Source: a virus. From it: a stretch of DNA of 64,000 nt. Position numbers and translations under genes: made by a program. How positions within the stretch are numbered: the stretch's first letter is position 1; the number at the start of each line of letters is the position of its first letter. The stretch covers positions 39,738-103,737 of the IMG/VR virus record IMGVR_UViG_3300005264_000005; one strand, given 5' to 3'. Under the pieces are notes generated by a model that did no database searches, was not told the DNA's origin, and saw only the letters and a program-made list of their open reading frames with translations. This document shows positions 1 to 10,230 of the stretch, one piece after another.

Positions 1-327
1 AAGAGAAATAGGATTATGAATAACAAACTCTTTTGCTCTGATTTCACGAAGCTCTGCCTCAATATTAACAAGCACTACGTTCTTGTCTGTGCTTAAACTC
101 TTACATTTAGCTAATTCATTTACCCAGATATCTTTTGCTGTATCACCTTTAAGTATCACCTTAACTGGAACAGCACTACCTTCTACTCTCATAGAAAATG
201 CACACACAGGAATAGCCACGGCTTTCTCTACGCTACCTTTTTCTACAGATATAATTGCAGCTTCCTTAATAGATATAGATCCATTAATATTAAATTTTCG
301 TTCACTCATAGTAATTTTCTCTTTACT

Positions 328-894
328 TTACTTAGATTTAGGAGTGTTACCTTTATATTTTTTAATAACACTCGCTTTATTAAAATCAGGCACAGGCTTA
401 TTCCCAGCCCGCTTAACTCTCTTTAAAACAGTATACTCGAACTTACCAGGAGCCAAGCCTTTCTCAACTAGAGGCCAGCTATTATACATCCATTGCCAGC
501 CTTCTTTTTCTAACACTGGAAGCATGTCAAGCTTCCATATATTATCACGAATGCTTAAATGTTCATACTGTATTGATAGCTCGGCAGCAACCTCAAGTCT
601 AAGTTGATCAAGTTTTTTATCAAAAATTTCCTTAACAAGACTTGCAACTAGCTCAGATATAACCTTATTAGCCTCAGCCTTATGCTCTTTTGTGAGTTTT
701 ACTTCAGGCTTAACAGGCACCTCTATGGCTGGCTGTGCAACGCCTGGCTGACTAAGTGCACCTTTATTTACTTGTGTGTCTTTTTTAATTACAGTCTTAG
801 CTTTTTGGTTCTTATTATATACTTCCCAGCAACCCCTGCAGTCAGTTCTGGGTTTACGAACCCCACCATAACCTGGATGATCTTTACATGCCAT
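328..894 (-). CDS. hypothetical protein, N-terminal Cys/His (possible Zn-binding) motif
   Basis: 188 aa ORF in the minus-strand gene run; CKDH...CRGC. Confidence 0.6.
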   Translation of the reverse strand: MACKDHPGYGGVRKPRTDCRGCWEVYNKNQKAKTVIKKDTQVNKGALSQPGVAQPAIEVPVKPEVKLTKEHKAEANKVISELVASLVKEIFDKKLDQLRLEVAAELSIQYEHLSIRDNIWKLDMLPVLEKEGWQWMYNSWPLVEKGLAPGKFEYTVLKRVKRAGNKPVPDFNKASVIKKYKGNTPKSK

Positions 895-896
895 TT

Positions 897-1649
897 CTAT
901 TCTCCTACCAAGCAGTTACTACAATAACTTTTACCACCTATTTCGCCACACATATGATCAGAGCTACAAAGCCAGCTAGTGTTAATATTAATAGGCTTAT
1001 AATATCCACCAGTCCACCTATAAAGCTCTTTATTTGCTTTGTATTCATTTAGCTGCTCCATACTTGCAAATCTTATTGGTGTAAGTATAATTCTGTCCCC
1101 AGGCAAGTCTTGATATTCACTAGGCATGCGAGCAGTTACATCATCAGTAATTCTCCAATAAGAATTAACTCCTACTGCATGATACTTAGACCCAACATCC
1201 TTACGAATATAGTTAAGTGGAGCCTTAGTAATCATACCAAGACTTACATGCAAGATATGATTACCGCTCTTTAAGACTTCTGCGAACTCTTTGTTGTATT
1301 CAAGAGACTTTGTGACGAAGACAACTCGTAAGTTTTCTTTTGTTGCTGCTTCAAGTATCTTAATAGCATCTCTGCGGACAGCAGGATCCCCAGGGTCAGA
1401 AAACTTTCCGAAGCGGACATATTTAATCCCTTTCTTTTTAGCTGCCTTACAGCTCGCTCTAAATATATCATCATTATATTCCTTTGAGATAATGTCGCTA
1501 TAAAACTGACCTCCTCTTCGGCTAGCTTTAGATCCATAGCATCCAACGCATTTATTTCTGCATCCGATTTCAAGATCTATACTAGCCTGATCAGCAATTC
1601 CTTGCTGCTTACCTCCAATATTAATTTTAACAAAATTCGCCTTGTTCAT
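897..1649 (-). CDS. radical SAM-like protein
   Basis: CxxxCxxC (CRNKCVGC), SDP motif, C-terminal Cys cluster. Confidence 0.65.
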   Translation of the reverse strand: MNKANFVKINIGGKQQGIADQASIDLEIGCRNKCVGCYGSKASRRGGQFYSDIISKEYNDDIFRASCKAAKKKGIKYVRFGKFSDPGDPAVRRDAIKILEAATKENLRVVFVTKSLEYNKEFAEVLKSGNHILHVSLGMITKAPLNYIRKDVGSKYHAVGVNSYWRITDDVTARMPSEYQDLPGDRIILTPIRFASMEQLNEYKANKELYRWTGGYYKPININTSWLCSSDHMCGEIGGKSYCSNCLVGE

Positions 1650-1708
1650 AATATCATTTCCTCTAAAAGTTTTACTTCTACCGCCTAAGCTTAAACTTAA
1701 CGAGCCAC

Positions 1709-1930
1709 TTAGTCATTGCGAGCTATGCTAGCGTTGGCCCACATAACGCACTCTTCAAGTCCAGTTAAGGCCTGCATTCTTTCTCTGCTATTAGGACACA
1801 GTTCAACCATCATAGCGGCTAGCTCCTTAGCCTTCTCTCTCAAGGCAGTATACTTTTCAGGCTGACCAGGCTTAGGCGTATGATACATAAAAATATTATC
1901 TACATTGTAATCATCAATTACTTTTATCAC
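1709..1930 (-). CDS. Acb2/Tad1-like hairpin-domain protein (putative signalling-nucleotide sponge)
   Basis: FMYHTPKPGQ...LCPNSRERMQALTGLEECVMWANASIAR resembles the Acb2/Tad1 hairpin family (recalled, not searched). Confidence 0.6.
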   Translation of the reverse strand: MIKVIDDYNVDNIFMYHTPKPGQPEKYTALREKAKELAAMMVELCPNSRERMQALTGLEECVMWANASIARND

Positions 1931-2038
1931 ATCTTAACCTTTCTTTTTAATAGCTCAACTTCTTTTCTTAACTCATCTAACTCATGCCCCATCTCTAACA
2001 GCAGGGGCTCAAGCTTAGATAGAGTTCTTTTTTGTTGT

Positions 2039-2347
2039 TTAATCTTTGAGTTCTTGCTCATGCTTTGCCTTACCCCATAAGAAAAAGTTAGTTATAGCTC
2101 CAAGTAACCAAGAGATACCAGCAGCAGATAACCATAAGCAAGTAAAGTTAAGCCCAACTGCATATGCAAGCGATAATAGCACTGCAAACCAAAAACTACA
2201 ACACAGCTGACAATAAGCTAATGGTGCAAATTCTCCAGTGTTCTCAAGCCACCAAGTACGAGCGTCTTCAAATCCAGGACTGTAAAGCCAAGCAGAACTA
2301 AGGCCAAATGTTCCAAATACAATTAAGAAAATAAACATTAAATCCAT
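2039..2347 (-). CDS. small membrane protein (DUF1360-like)
   Basis: hydrophobic helices and LAYCQLCCSFW motif. Confidence 0.5.
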   Translation of the reverse strand: MDLMFIFLIVFGTFGLSSAWLYSPGFEDARTWWLENTGEFAPLAYCQLCCSFWFAVLLSLAYAVGLNFTCLWLSAAGISWLLGAITNFFLWGKAKHEQELKD

Positions 2348-2670
2348 TACAGAGCTCCTGACTTATTGAAAGGTAAATCTAACCGCTCTCCATTTTCATT
2401 AAGTGTAGTCGCAGGCTTAAGTACATCTGGTACGTCATCATCTCTAAAATAGGTACCCTTAGGGAATACTGGCTTAGTTGGCACGATTTGATCATAGGGA
2501 TCACTGGATAAGCTTTTGTACCAGTCTGTCATCATTTCAAATTGCGTGGTAGTGAGTGTTACCTCACCAAGAAAGTCGTCTTTAATTAATAATCTTTCAG
2601 TACCAACAAATTCAATGGTTGGACATTTACATATTGGAGGAGAACAGGCCGTGAATTTATTCTGACTCAT
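2347..2670 (-). CDS. hypothetical protein
   Basis: 107 aa ORF abutting its neighbours. Confidence 0.5.
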   Translation of the reverse strand: MSQNKFTACSPPICKCPTIEFVGTERLLIKDDFLGEVTLTTTQFEMMTDWYKSLSSDPYDQIVPTKPVFPKGTYFRDDDVPDVLKPATTLNENGERLDLPFNKSGAL

Positions 2671-2923
2671 TAGTTATTCCTTTATCTAGATATTGTTGTA
2701 GTGCTTGTGCAAGTTGATCTACACAGCTAGTATCTCTACTCCCACACTTAACATCTTTAAGCATGGAGATAGCTACGGATATATTTGAACCTTCTATAAA
2801 GCGAGCAACAGTAGAAAGTGCGCCAGGACAACCGCCGTTGAATTTTACATCAACGACAGTCCCATTATCTTCTACGTCAAACTCGATACTCTTAGCGCAA
2901 GTTCCAGTTGTTTTAAAGTTCAT
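2657..2923 (-). CDS. TSCPD-domain protein (TIGR03905-like)
   Basis: GTCAKSIEF...GGCPG...CGSRDTSCVDQLA; start taken at MNFKTTG. Confidence 0.8.
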   Translation of the reverse strand: MNFKTTGTCAKSIEFDVEDNGTVVDVKFNGGCPGALSTVARFIEGSNISVAISMLKDVKCGSRDTSCVDQLAQALQQYLDKGITNESE

Positions 2924-3350
2924 CAACACTATCTTTTCTCTTATTAGTAAAGTCAGGAAAGTCATCATATTCTGCAGGAACAGAGCCTCGCTCTATCATC
3001 TCAAGTAAATGAACGATAGAGGTTAAGTTCCAAATAGCTTGAACTAAATGGTCCTCATCTCTATACCCTTCCAAGAATTGATTCATATGACGCTTAGCTG
3101 AATTATAGAATCGAGAAAGAGGCATGCCTTTCTCCCAATTTCTATCGGCATACTTGGCTACGCCACCCTCATACAACACTGCAAGTCTCCGCTCTAATAT
3201 TGGAGAAATAAGATCAAATCTACCTCGCCCAATGTCAGGCTCGCGCATCATGCCAGTTTCAGTAGTAGCTCTGTCGCCACCATCTTTTAATATGTGCTTC
3301 ACTGGCGGTACAAGTACTCGTGCTGGATGTATTTTCATATTATTCTCCAC
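2913..3350 (-). CDS. dATP/dGTP diphosphohydrolase domain protein (DUF5664-like)
   Basis: GRFDLISP, GVAKYADRNWEKG, SAKRH, EDHL motifs. Confidence 0.8.
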   Translation of the reverse strand: MENNMKIHPARVLVPPVKHILKDGGDRATTETGMMREPDIGRGRFDLISPILERRLAVLYEGGVAKYADRNWEKGMPLSRFYNSAKRHMNQFLEGYRDEDHLVQAIWNLTSIVHLLEMIERGSVPAEYDDFPDFTNKRKDSVDEL

Positions 3351-3566
3351 CTTTAATCATATGTTTCACCATCTCGCTCATAAATTTCCCCGTCATCTAA
3401 AGGGCACCATTTAGGGAAGCCAAATTCCTCACAGTCATCATCTTTATCATAAATCATATATTTAGAGTAAATATGCTTATTGGTGATAGAACAAATATCC
3501 TCTACCGCTCCACCATCTCTACGACAAGGACAATTTCTACATGACTTAACTATCTTATAAAAAACT

Positions 3567-4214
3567 TTACTCATTATCTTTCCTATCTGCTTCACTAAAA
3601 AAGTCAAAGTTAGTTCCTTTTAAGCTTACATCAACACTACTGCGATACTCAGATACACTAGCTGATACAGAGGCAAACATAGTTTGAGTTCCAATAGAAT
3701 CACTATTATAGCTCATGGCCTTACCGCTCTTGATACCAAATTTAGCACCTGTAGCAATAGCATCTTGACCTGCGCCTAGATAAATAAAGTCCCACTTACA
3801 CTCGTCCTCTTTAAAGTCAATCATTTCCTTGATAGTTGCACCATCAAATCCAGTAGACTTATTCTCATGTCCATCGGTTTGAATGACAAAGATAACATTG
3901 TCAGGCTTATTATCATCATCTAAGCCATCAATATAATCTGAAGTATCATGGATTGTATTACCTATAGCATCGAATAATGCCGTCATGCCACGAGGCACAT
4001 AAGTTTTATTGTTAAGTTCAGGGATAGACATGATATCTTTTGTACGGTGTAAAGTTTCAATTTCATGATCAAACTGCACGAGAGTCATGGTACAGAAACC
4101 ATTAGCTTCCTTTTGATCGTTTAGAAATTGATTAAATCCACCAATAGTATCTTTCTTAACATTGCCCATTGATCCAGAGCGGTCGATTATAAATGCGATG
4201 TGAGTTTTTGACAT
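3567..4214 (-). CDS. vWA domain protein
   Basis: DRSGSM MIDAS, TALFDA, TDGHEN. Confidence 0.85.
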   Translation of the reverse strand: MSKTHIAFIIDRSGSMGNVKKDTIGGFNQFLNDQKEANGFCTMTLVQFDHEIETLHRTKDIMSIPELNNKTYVPRGMTALFDAIGNTIHDTSDYIDGLDDDNKPDNVIFVIQTDGHENKSTGFDGATIKEMIDFKEDECKWDFIYLGAGQDAIATGAKFGIKSGKAMSYNSDSIGTQTMFASVSASVSEYRSSVDVSLKGTNFDFFSEADRKDNE

Positions 4215-5153
4215 ATTATGTCTCCTATAAATTAAAATGTTTTATTAGCATAACGTAAGTAGCCTTAAGAAGCCATAGCCTCCAATGCCATCATCAATTC
4301 TTTGCTTAATTGCTAAAATTCTATTGTATAATACAGATCCCTCAACCATAAGTTCCTCGAATATAGGAATAAAGTCATCTGAACGAAGCTTAGATATAAG
4401 AATAGGGTCTCCTGAGCCATCGGTCTTGATTACATAGCTAGACCATATACCAGAATTAGGATGTGTATGTGCATAGTGAATAAATTCATCATATGAATAT
4501 ACTCTAGTCCCCATAGCCGTAGCTCCATGACAACCAGTTCCAAATTTAATAAAGGCTATATTTTCTCTAATCATATTGTGTTTCCTGTAAGTTATTGTCC
4601 ATTATGTTGCTTTCTTAGCCATGCTGTTGTTTTTTTGATCAAATAAAGAATAAGTTCTATTGCCTATAACTGAGTTAGTCATACGCTTAAACAAATCATT
4701 ATGAATATGATTAGAGAGGTAGGTTTCAAAGTGAGTTTTCTTTAAAGATTTAATTTTTACTGGAATAAAGTCTATATTAACGCCAATGAGATAGTCATCA
4801 TGTGTATCAGTTAGTCTTCCGCTATTTTGTAGGTCTAGATAAGTTTCTATAGTAAAAAGCCTACAGTCCCTAAAGAATCTACTCTTTTTAATTCTTGCTA
4901 TCATGAACATACTATGTGTCCTTAGTTTTAATAATGTATTGTTTTGGTGTGTTGAGTCGCACAAAGGGTATTTCAAAAAGGATGGCATGAGAGGAGTGTC
5001 CAAATGGACAAAAGGATAAAGCACTGAGCCCCTACAAAATGCAGAGGCCCAGAATAGCAGATCCGAAAAATACCACTAAGAGGTTTTCAAGCTCTAGTGT
5101 GTGATTATAATTCAGATAACGTTATTAACACATAGATACCAAAAGGAGGTAAT

Positions 5154-5405
5154 ATGACATCACGTAACGCAGGATCCAATCACCCATTATATGGGAAAAG
5201 TGGAAAATTTTTAATTACACATATAAAGACTGGTAAGTCTTTTGAGGTAACAGGCATATATCACTGGGCTAAACTAAAAGGCTTAAATGCCACAGCTCTA
5301 CTAGAGATAGCAAATAATAAGCCTATTATAAAACCAAACGGTAAGATTACATTTAGAAGACAACATAAAGGATATGTATGTAAAAGAATTATTCAGGAAG
5401 AATAA
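5154..5405 (+). CDS. NUMOD3-type DNA-binding protein (homing endonuclease fragment)
   Basis: GSNHPLYGK motif; AGGAGG SD and TATAAT upstream; one of very few plausible plus-strand genes. Confidence 0.55.
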   Translation: MTSRNAGSNHPLYGKSGKFLITHIKTGKSFEVTGIYHWAKLKGLNATALLEIANNKPIIKPNGKITFRRQHKGYVCKRIIQEE

Positions 5406-5979
5406 TATTAAACTTATCGCCATATCCCATAAGCATATCTAAAACATCATTGCCATAGTTAACATATTCGATTTCTCCAATATAACTAGACAGTGAATCC
5501 AATACAATCTTCTCTCTCCATGCCGATTCTAGCTGCCACCAGCACAGAGACATATTAAGATTAGAATGTCCTTCTGTAATTTGTAATCTAGAAATAGACA
5601 ATGCTAAGTTAAAAGGATCACGAGATTCAATTATATTAATATCTGTACCTATTTGATAAAAATCACACAGCTCAGATATATGAACACCATTAATTGTTGT
5701 AATACTAGTTAATTCAATACTAAAGGCATCTTCTATTTTGCTAGCTATTAATACAGTATCTTCAAATAAGGTTTTATAATAAGAACAAGTCTCTGGTCCA
5801 CGCATAGATTTAACATTAATCCAGCTATCTCGTAAAATATGCTTAACTTCACTAAAATTTTGATTGAAGGACTTTAGGTCACTAACTTCAAGCTGAATTA
5901 AAGTACCTTGATCAGCTAAGTATCTTAGCTTATTTGCGTCGAATTTATTGCCTATATTAATCTTAGTAATGGTCTCCAT
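5389..5979 (-). CDS. hypothetical protein
   Basis: 196 aa ORF with GAGG SD. Confidence 0.55.
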   Translation of the reverse strand: METITKINIGNKFDANKLRYLADQGTLIQLEVSDLKSFNQNFSEVKHILRDSWINVKSMRGPETCSYYKTLFEDTVLIASKIEDAFSIELTSITTINGVHISELCDFYQIGTDINIIESRDPFNLALSISRLQITEGHSNLNMSLCWWQLESAWREKIVLDSLSSYIGEIEYVNYGNDVLDMLMGYGDKFNIILPE

Positions 5980-5989
5980 GTTAAGCCTC

Positions 5990-6457
5990 TTAGTTTTTAG
6001 GTATTACATCACTGTAGTCTTCTAAATACTGTACATTATCTGCAATCTTTAATAATTCAAGGGAAGTGAAATCTCTAGCACCGATAACTGTAGTAATAGC
6101 ACCTTGCTTAGAGCATAAATCTAAAGCATATGCAAAGTGGCCGTCTCCTGAAACGATAATAACTGCATCTGGTTTTAAATTCTTATAGTCATTCGTTAAG
6201 TCTGCAATTAAGATATGATCTACATTAGTATCTTGACCAATATCAATTGTGACACACTTGTAACCATTATTACATAAGTATGTAATAAAACCTTTTTGTG
6301 AATCTGAATCTTGATCAAGCGCCATATACGATGTAGCTTTAATTACATCGTACTTTTTATTTACTTCATCTAACAGACATTTAAAATTTAACTTCTTATA
6401 TCTGAAAAAAATATTGTTCTGATCAATACACATAATAGCTGTTGGCTTATTTGCCAT
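5990..6457 (-). CDS. NYN (LabA/DUF88) PIN-like ribonuclease
   Basis: IDQNN, NVD, SGDGHF, S..L...AD motifs. Confidence 0.8.
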   Translation of the reverse strand: MANKPTAIMCIDQNNIFFRYKKLNFKCLLDEVNKKYDVIKATSYMALDQDSDSQKGFITYLCNNGYKCVTIDIGQDTNVDHILIADLTNDYKNLKPDAVIIVSGDGHFAYALDLCSKQGAITTVIGARDFTSLELLKIADNVQYLEDYSDVIPKN

Positions 6458-6467
6458 AAATTACTCC

Positions 6468-7091
6468 TTAAGAATATGTTACTTTAAATGCTAGGTTCAA
6501 CATAGTAGTTGGCCTACTGGCTTTATATGTAAATGTATGAACATGCTCAACTTTACAGTTATGACTCTCCGCTATCTCGGAAATTGCATGAGAAATATCA
6601 TCTTGATTCTTAATTGCAAGCCTATGCATATTAACACCAATGCCAGTTATTTGAAATGTGAAAAACACTAAGCCACCGTTAGCGACATGTTGCTTTTCAA
6701 AAACTTTGTCAATTAAGGAAGCCGTACAATTAGGCTTACCGTTATCATAGAAAAAAGTACAGAAATCTAGGTTTACTACATCATAGAAACGCTTATGATC
6801 AAACTCACAAAAGTGCTTATATGCATCAATTGGAACAAGATGCTTAAATTGAACTTTCAACTTCTCATATTCGCCTGATTCATTCCAGCTTTTAAGTTTA
6901 GGAAGATTATTTTCACAAATAGTCATGAATTTAACATCTAAATTATCAGCATAGTAATTAGCACCAATACCGCCACCTAAAAATTCAAAAAAACGAAGAT
7001 CTTTATTATCTATATAGCTCTTAATTACAGCAACATTTTGAGGCCTTGAATACTTTTCTTTATTATCATTATTATCTTCAGTTTTGCTCAT
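6468..7091 (-). CDS. putative SAM-dependent methyltransferase-like protein
   Basis: FFEFLGGG and YDVVNLDF motifs. Confidence 0.4.
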   Translation of the reverse strand: MSKTEDNNDNKEKYSRPQNVAVIKSYIDNKDLRFFEFLGGGIGANYYADNLDVKFMTICENNLPKLKSWNESGEYEKLKVQFKHLVPIDAYKHFCEFDHKRFYDVVNLDFCTFFYDNGKPNCTASLIDKVFEKQHVANGGLVFFTFQITGIGVNMHRLAIKNQDDISHAISEIAESHNCKVEHVHTFTYKASRPTTMLNLAFKVTYS

Positions 7092-7105
7092 AAATAACTC
7101 CGTTT

Positions 7106-7130
7106 AAAAGCCCCCGGTTTCCCAGGGGCA
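7106..7130 (-). terminator. intrinsic terminator
   Basis: GCCCCTGG-GAAA-CCGGGGGC hairpin followed by TTTT on minus. Confidence 0.6.
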
Positions 7131-7137
7131 ATCAAAT

Positions 7138-7620
7138 TTACTTACTCTTGTTCATTGCAGCTTCTCGAGCACGCTCTTCTGACTCAAGCGCCTCCTCTAC
7201 AGCAAAACGCTGTGCATGAACCTCAAACCACTTAGCAATAGCATAAGCTTCGTCAGACTCTAGGCTGATATTAGCTTTCTTATCACCCTCTCTCATCATG
7301 ATAGAAACCTTACCATTATAGATATTAGCAGTGAGCTGCTTTTTAGCATCGCCTTTGCCTACACTTTTGCTCATATCAGCAAATTTCTTCAGCTCAACTT
7401 CAACTCCCTGAGACATTCCCAAGAACTTAAAAGATGCTTGAAACATTTCAAGGGTTCTAAAAGAAATACTACAAGTTTTATCATAATCAAATCTTACTTC
7501 GCCAGCTTGTGGCTGACCCTTGCTTGCTCCTGCAATGCCTGGAGTGATACGGATAAAAGCTCTTTTCTCTGCGCCCCATATAGACAGCTCGATTACTGAA
7601 TTAGTGCGATAAATTCTCAT
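7138..7620 (-). CDS. hypothetical protein, possible single-stranded nucleic-acid binding fold
   Basis: 160 aa ORF; repeated beta-beta-helix pattern (inference). Confidence 0.4.
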   Translation of the reverse strand: MRIYRTNSVIELSIWGAEKRAFIRITPGIAGASKGQPQAGEVRFDYDKTCSISFRTLEMFQASFKFLGMSQGVEVELKKFADMSKSVGKGDAKKQLTANIYNGKVSIMMREGDKKANISLESDEAYAIAKWFEVHAQRFAVEEALESEERAREAAMNKSK

Positions 7621-7640
7621 ACTTGTTCTCCTAGTTTAAA

Positions 7641-8051
7641 TTAACCCCAGGTAATTGTCTTTTTACCTGGGCTCTTTTCTGCCGTTTCAACAGAATCCTT
7701 TTTAGCTTCCTCAGCGTCTTTGACAACAGGATTAGTGGCCATAACAACATCAACCTTCTTTTCAGAGGCTTTTCCGCCATTAGTAATGCCCATCTTCTTA
7801 TTAAATTCAGAAACGATATGGTCCCCAATCTTATCTTTTGCTTCCATAGATGTAAAGGTAACTAATGCTACGTAATCACCATCAGCCTTTTTCTTTTGAG
7901 GCCAAGAGATAAAAAGTCTACCGTCTTTACCTGACTTTATAATAGTAAATTTTACAACAAGAGCTTCATTGAATGTAATCATTCCATATCCAACGCCACT
8001 GCCTGTATCAAAATTTGAAACAAAAACTTTAGTTTCAGTAATTTTTAACAT
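7641..8051 (-). CDS. SpoVG-like nucleic-acid binding protein
   Basis: KITETKV...GRLFISWPQKKKADGDY pattern. Confidence 0.7.
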   Translation of the reverse strand: MLKITETKVFVSNFDTGSGVGYGMITFNEALVVKFTIIKSGKDGRLFISWPQKKKADGDYVALVTFTSMEAKDKIGDHIVSEFNKKMGITNGGKASEKKVDVVMATNPVVKDAEEAKKDSVETAEKSPGKKTITWG

Positions 8052-8337
8052 ACTTTCTCCTTATTAAATACGTACAACAGCGCCTTTTTTGGCTTCATAC
8101 ATACCTGGCTTCTCATCTGATAAGCTATTAAATAGCTCAAAAATAATATCACTTAATTGGTCAATAAGGCTTCCGCTAAATAACATAGTACCTTCATGCT
8201 TCAATACTGAAACAGGACCTTCACCGCTATTGAGATCAATTTGAAACTTATTTAAAACAAGAGCAATATCAGGACCATCTTCAATTTTCACTGAAGCAGA
8301 CCCAGAAGACTCTCCTGTTTTGCTTATGATAATCTTT

Positions 8338-8838
8338 TTAATTATAAATGACATAACTATAAACTAACTCCTTTATTTCATCAAGATTACTATGATTATA
8401 TATACAGTACTTAGACTTCGGAAGCTTAACAGACTGTCTTAGTTTCTTTAAACTAAATCCGCCAATTCTATTACGATTAGCTTCACTGCCAAACAGAGAT
8501 ATAAATCTATCTTTATTCTTTTCATGCATAACTAAAGAAGGACTAACTGCAATATTTAAGCAATCTAGCCTATTAAGACTAGGACAATCAGACTTATTAT
8601 AGCCAATCCTGCTATTAACAGATTCTGCAATTACAGTATGTCCAAGATCAGAAAGCCTAATAACTTCTGTATAGAAGCCCATGTAGCCACCGTTGCCGTA
8701 AAATAGTTCATAATTAACAATCTTACATTCACCTATCTTATCCGCTAATTGAGCCACTAGATATGTTTTGCCTGAATACGGAGCACCATTTACAAATATA
8801 ATCTTACCACTAGAATGGTTTTGGGCTAGATCCGTCAT
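8338..8838 (-). CDS. P-loop kinase-like protein
   Basis: Walker A GAPYSGKT. Confidence 0.6.
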   Translation of the reverse strand: MTDLAQNHSSGKIIFVNGAPYSGKTYLVAQLADKIGECKIVNYELFYGNGGYMGFYTEVIRLSDLGHTVIAESVNSRIGYNKSDCPSLNRLDCLNIAVSPSLVMHEKNKDRFISLFGSEANRNRIGGFSLKKLRQSVKLPKSKYCIYNHSNLDEIKELVYSYVIYN

Positions 8839-9031
8839 AAGACAATTCTTCCCTTGAATAACCGTTAGCTTCTGAGTAGCCATTAATTTTACCTTGGCAA
8901 ACAGTAGGTACAGTTGCAATAGATGATCCACATTCTTTACACTTAAGTGTTTCTATTAAGCTATAGCTACATAATTTAGTAAACTCATATTTACACTCTT
9001 CGTTTACACATCTTAATAGATATTGTGGCAT
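8810..9031 (-). CDS. FmdB-like zinc-ribbon protein
   Basis: MPQY..RC...C...F...CKECGS. Confidence 0.7.
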   Translation of the reverse strand: MPQYLLRCVNEECKYEFTKLCSYSLIETLKCKECGSSIATVPTVCQGKINGYSEANGYSREELSYDGSSPKPF

Positions 9032-9033
9032 AT

Positions 9034-10218
9034 CTATTCTCCTTCCAAGTAAGCAATAACATCAACTTTCGCCTTTGCTATCTCATCTCTAATCGTAACA
9101 TTCTCATTTTCATACGAATATTTCTTTTCATGAGCGGCCCATATTTTCAATATACCATACTTTAATATGCCCTTGCCATTAGCTACTTCTAGAATTTTTT
9201 GCGATGAAACCCTACTTACCAATTCGCTGAAGAAATGACCAGAATAGCTATCACAAAAAGCAATAGTTGACTCATTGCAGAATCCAAATATACTAGTTAT
9301 ATATAGATTCCTCAATGCATACAAGCTAGAGATATAGCTAGTAGAAAAAGTATTATTAATGTCACACTTAACCATATTGTAATTTAAAGGCTTGCCAGAA
9401 ACTATATCATAAAATACATTATATGCAATCTGAGCAACCAGCATATTAATAGGCATTGATTGATCGTTCTGTAAAGTCATGTCCGTACAGCTTAAGACCT
9501 CAGTATCTTTAAAGTTTAAGTACAGATTAAGCAAAGAAGGCAGGCAAGGAGTTTTGTATTTAGGCTTAATACTAAAATCACAATTTAAATCAGCATTAAT
9601 CGTACTAATAATAGTACCGATTTCAGACTCAGGTGTAGCTGATTGAGAATAACTAACTCTTGATTCTGATGAAACTAAAACTTGCCCAAACGTATCTTCG
9701 TTACCACAGCTAATAATAGTAATACAGCCTCTATTGATTCCATTATCTTCAATAGACTTACGAGCATTTAAATTATCAGTACAGTCAAAGATAATGTAAT
9801 TTGCATCAGAGCCACCATGCAGATTCTTACCAGTCTTAAATCCACACTCATCAAAACGATTATTAAAATACTCAATATCGAAACCGAATAAAGCAGAATA
9901 TCTCTCTGCCATAACCTCAGCTTTACCTTTGCCTATATCGAAACTAAAGAAATTCTGTCTCTTTAGATTTTTATGTTCTACTGTATCCATATCAATTAAG
10001 ATTAATTCCATCTTATGTTTGATATATTCAGTATTGCGAATATTACTTTCTATTTCATTGTTATGATTTGAAATATGCTGTGCAATATTAGGAATTATCC
10101 TGCCGCCAGTACCACCGCATCCAACAACAATAATTTTCGTTACACCGTAGCTGCGAGAAAAATTCTTTAAGTTTGGTTTAAATTCCACTGATCTTAATTT
10201 TAATAAATCAACATTCAT
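9034..10218 (-). CDS. ThiF/E1-like activating enzyme (PRTRC-type)
   Basis: GCGGTGG, DMDTVEHKNLKRQNF, DCTDN, candidate catalytic Cys in SCTD. Confidence 0.85.
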   Translation of the reverse strand: MNVDLLKLRSVEFKPNLKNFSRSYGVTKIIVVGCGGTGGRIIPNIAQHISNHNNEIESNIRNTEYIKHKMELILIDMDTVEHKNLKRQNFFSFDIGKGKAEVMAERYSALFGFDIEYFNNRFDECGFKTGKNLHGGSDANYIIFDCTDNLNARKSIEDNGINRGCITIISCGNEDTFGQVLVSSESRVSYSQSATPESEIGTIISTINADLNCDFSIKPKYKTPCLPSLLNLYLNFKDTEVLSCTDMTLQNDQSMPINMLVAQIAYNVFYDIVSGKPLNYNMVKCDINNTFSTSYISSLYALRNLYITSIFGFCNESTIAFCDSYSGHFFSELVSRVSSQKILEVANGKGILKYGILKIWAAHEKKYSYENENVTIRDEIAKAKVDVIAYLEGE

Positions 10219-10230
10219 ATAAATATCCTT

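Noticed and set aside
83-607. This and most other plus-strand ORFs in the track
   Set aside because: Antisense shadows of well-supported minus-strand genes, without SD or domain motifs
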